NCBI GenBank assembly: GCA_007376145.1
Contig: VMFP01000002.1
Location: forward strand, 8,679 to 72,678
DNA from: Parcubacteria group bacterium Gr01-1014_38
GTDB lineage: Bacteria > Patescibacteriota > Andersenbacteria > UBA10190 > CAIZMI01
Length of the DNA: 64,000 nt
Reading direction: 5' to 3'
Every line of letters starts with the position of its first letter. The first letter of the stretch is position 1. The notes beneath the pieces were generated by a model that was given only the letters and a program-made list of their open reading frames with translations, did not search any database and had not been told where the DNA came from. Below, one piece after another: positions 62,000-64,000 of the stretch. Both the position numbers and the translations under genes were made by a program.

Positions 62000-62782
62000 G
62001 TGCGGAGGCGGCTTCGAAAACAGCTCACCGTCGTTGCCGTGCTGGCAGCAGGACTTGGAGGCCTCATCGCCCTCGTCGTCGTGATCGTGTATGAGCCTCC
62101 TCCTCCTCCTCCGCCTCCCCCGCCGTCGTACCAAGATCTTGTCGTCCGCAGTGCCGGGCTGCTCCGCCAGGATTCCGGCGACCGCGCGGACCTCTATGCG
62201 ATCGTGCGGAATCCGAACGCGAATGCAGGCGTGCGCGCCGTGGACTACGCCTTCGAAGTGCGCGCTCAAGGACAGTCGGTGGCGCGGATCCCTGGGAGAA
62301 CATACTTCATGCCCGGTCAGGAGAAACCCATCGTGGCGCTGTATGAGACTGTGCCACCGGGAGGCAGGGAAGTCACGATCAATGTTGGGACTCCCGATTG
62401 GGTCGCCGTGGAACCGGGCTTTCGGCCTCCATCCTTCGTTCCGGTGAGCCGCACGGCTGCGGTCCGCGAGGGACAACCGCCGCTCTACGAGGTCAAGGCG
62501 GTCCTTGCGAATGAATCAACACTCGATTATTTGACCGTCGAAGTCACCGCCCTCGGTCTCGATGCCGACGGAGCCATCATCGGTGCGGGACGCACCTTCG
62601 TCGGTTCGCTCCGCTCCGGAGAGCGACGGGAGTTGACCGTGTCCTGGCCGCTCCCTCCCGGACGGGAGGTCAAAGAGGTTCGGCTCATCCCCGAGGTCAA
62701 CGTATTCTCAAAAGCCGCTGTCCAGCCACGTCCGGGCATTCCGGGGTTAGAACCACGGCCGACGAGCGCGCCGCGCCAATGA
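62000..62782 (+). CDS. membrane-anchored protein with P10 linker and two Ig-like (FxLYD-like) domains
   Basis: TM, ten prolines, VRNPNANAG, second domain VLANES...DADGAIIGAG. Confidence 0.65.
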   Translation: MRRRLRKQLTVVAVLAAGLGGLIALVVVIVYEPPPPPPPPPPSYQDLVVRSAGLLRQDSGDRADLYAIVRNPNANAGVRAVDYAFEVRAQGQSVARIPGRTYFMPGQEKPIVALYETVPPGGREVTINVGTPDWVAVEPGFRPPSFVPVSRTAAVREGQPPLYEVKAVLANESTLDYLTVEVTALGLDADGAIIGAGRTFVGSLRSGERRELTVSWPLPPGREVKEVRLIPEVNVFSKAAVQPRPGIPGLEPRPTSAPRQ

Positions 62783-62864
62783 ACCGGTCCGAAAAAGACT
62801 CGCCCGCGTGCTCGGCGGGGCATTGTTCCGTATACTCATGCTGTTCTTCCCTTGAGCGGAACTG

Positions 62865-63998
62865 ATGCGCCTGCCGACCATTCTCCGACGCGTTGATTGG
62901 GCACTCGTCGCGAGCGCGCTTCTCCTCGCGCTCCTTGGAGTTGTGCTCTTAAGCACCGCGGGGGAAACCACGGGCGCCCGTGCGCTCGCGGTGCGCCAAG
63001 CGCTCTTTGCGGCCGTGGGAATCGCTCTCGTGTTTCTCCTCGGGAGCGTGCACTACAGTGTCTTTCGGACCCTCGCTGGTCCCCTCTACGTCGTCGTGCT
63101 GCTCTTGGTGGTGCTCACCCTCGTGCAGGAGCATCGGATCCGAGGCGTGGCGGCCTGGCTCGTCGTTGGAGGGGCGCAGCTCCAACCGTCGGAGCTCCTG
63201 AAGGTGGCGCTGGTCCTTGTCTTGGCGCGCTTGAGCGGGGAAAGTTCAACGCCGTGGCTCTCCGGTCGCCGGTTGCTCTCCGCGATCGCGGTCGTCGGTC
63301 TTCCCATCGTTCTCGTGCTCCGGCAGCCAGACCTCGGCATGGCTGTGCTTCTCATGCTCATTTCCTTGGGCATGATCCTCGTGGCCGGTCTATCGCGGGC
63401 ACAGAAGATCGCTCTGGGCGCTCTCGCACTCCTCGCCGGCTTCCTGGCGTGGGAAGTATTCTTCGCGGACTATCAGAAAGAGCGCATCCTCGTCTTTCTC
63501 AACCCGCAGCGTGATCCACTCGGCTCCGGGTACACGGCGCTGCAAGCCCGAACGGCCTTTGGCAGCGGCGGGATCCTCGGGCGCGGCTTGGGGTGGGGTC
63601 CCCAGAGCCGCTTAAATTTTCTTCCCGAAGCGCATACGGACTTCGTGTTCGCGCGGATCGGGGAGGAACTCGGTCTCGTCGGTGTGGTGATCGTCCTCGC
63701 GCTCTTCGGGGTACTCTTCAGCCGTCTTCTCCGTGCGGCGCAGCGCACCTCCGATGCCTTTGGGCGATCGCTGGCGGTGGGAAGTTTACTCACGATGCTC
63801 GTCGGCCTGGCGGTGAACGCGGGAATGAACATCGGGCTTCTTCCCGTCACGGGCGTGCCGCTGCCGTTTGTTTCGTATGGGGGCAGTAATCTCCTTGCTT
63901 CGTCCCTCCTCCTCGGGCTCTCCTTGAGCGTCGTGGTGCACGGCGAGCGGTGGGAAGGCATCACCGCGGAAAGCGCCCTCATCGAGGCGCAGACGTAA
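62865..63998 (+). CDS. rodA: SEDS peptidoglycan polymerase RodA/FtsW family
   Basis: QPSELLK, QPDLG, FLPEAHTDFVF...GEELG, PVTGVPLPFVSYGGS. Confidence 0.9.
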   Translation: MRLPTILRRVDWALVASALLLALLGVVLLSTAGETTGARALAVRQALFAAVGIALVFLLGSVHYSVFRTLAGPLYVVVLLLVVLTLVQEHRIRGVAAWLVVGGAQLQPSELLKVALVLVLARLSGESSTPWLSGRRLLSAIAVVGLPIVLVLRQPDLGMAVLLMLISLGMILVAGLSRAQKIALGALALLAGFLAWEVFFADYQKERILVFLNPQRDPLGSGYTALQARTAFGSGGILGRGLGWGPQSRLNFLPEAHTDFVFARIGEELGLVGVVIVLALFGVLFSRLLRAAQRTSDAFGRSLAVGSLLTMLVGLAVNAGMNIGLLPVTGVPLPFVSYGGSNLLASSLLLGLSLSVVVHGERWEGITAESALIEAQT

Positions 63999-64000
63999 AA

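Noticed and set aside
61871-62476. N-terminal 202-aa extension of dnaE in the ORF track
   Set aside because: Overlaps the opposite-strand membrane gene; the canonical start MPDFVHLHVHS at 61870 has its own -10 box.

Overview
GC-rich bacterial chromosome segment whose gene repertoire points to Patescibacteria/CPR (Parcubacteria-like; inference). It has a compact type IV pilus/competence cluster with no secretin in the window (pilM-N-O, pilB, a stand-alone receiver, pilT, pilC, pilins, pilD, plus comF). Housekeeping genes include clpC, recX, ligA, gatCA and a separate gatB, gpmI, a double-length thyX-like gene, pheST, gyrB, secE-nusG-rplK-rplA, tmk, miaA, a short thrS, dnaE and rodA. There are four tRNAs (Lys-CTT, fMet-CAT, Met-CAT, Asp-GTC). 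Accessory DNA comprises a PLP-enzyme gene at the left edge next to a tRNA-like remnant and nested palindromic repeat, an AT-richer restriction-modification pair behind tRNA-Lys, a four-gene unknown islet plus a LAGLIDADG gene overlapping tRNA-Asp, and a DUF5678/aspartyl-protease pair. The strongest signal is a 298-aa gene inserted between nusG and rplK. Its 3' end contains 86 consecutive bases with no adenine, followed by an IMH-like tract and hairpin. This fits an orphan (remote) target of a diversity-generating retroelement; I saw no reverse transcriptase or template repeat in the window. Other signals are a 132-bp in-frame palindromic insertion duplicating the GFT site of a minor pilin, tRNA-coupled ORFs, a 30-proline tract and widespread apparently leaderless starts. 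All functional calls come from motif recognition by eye; no database search was run.
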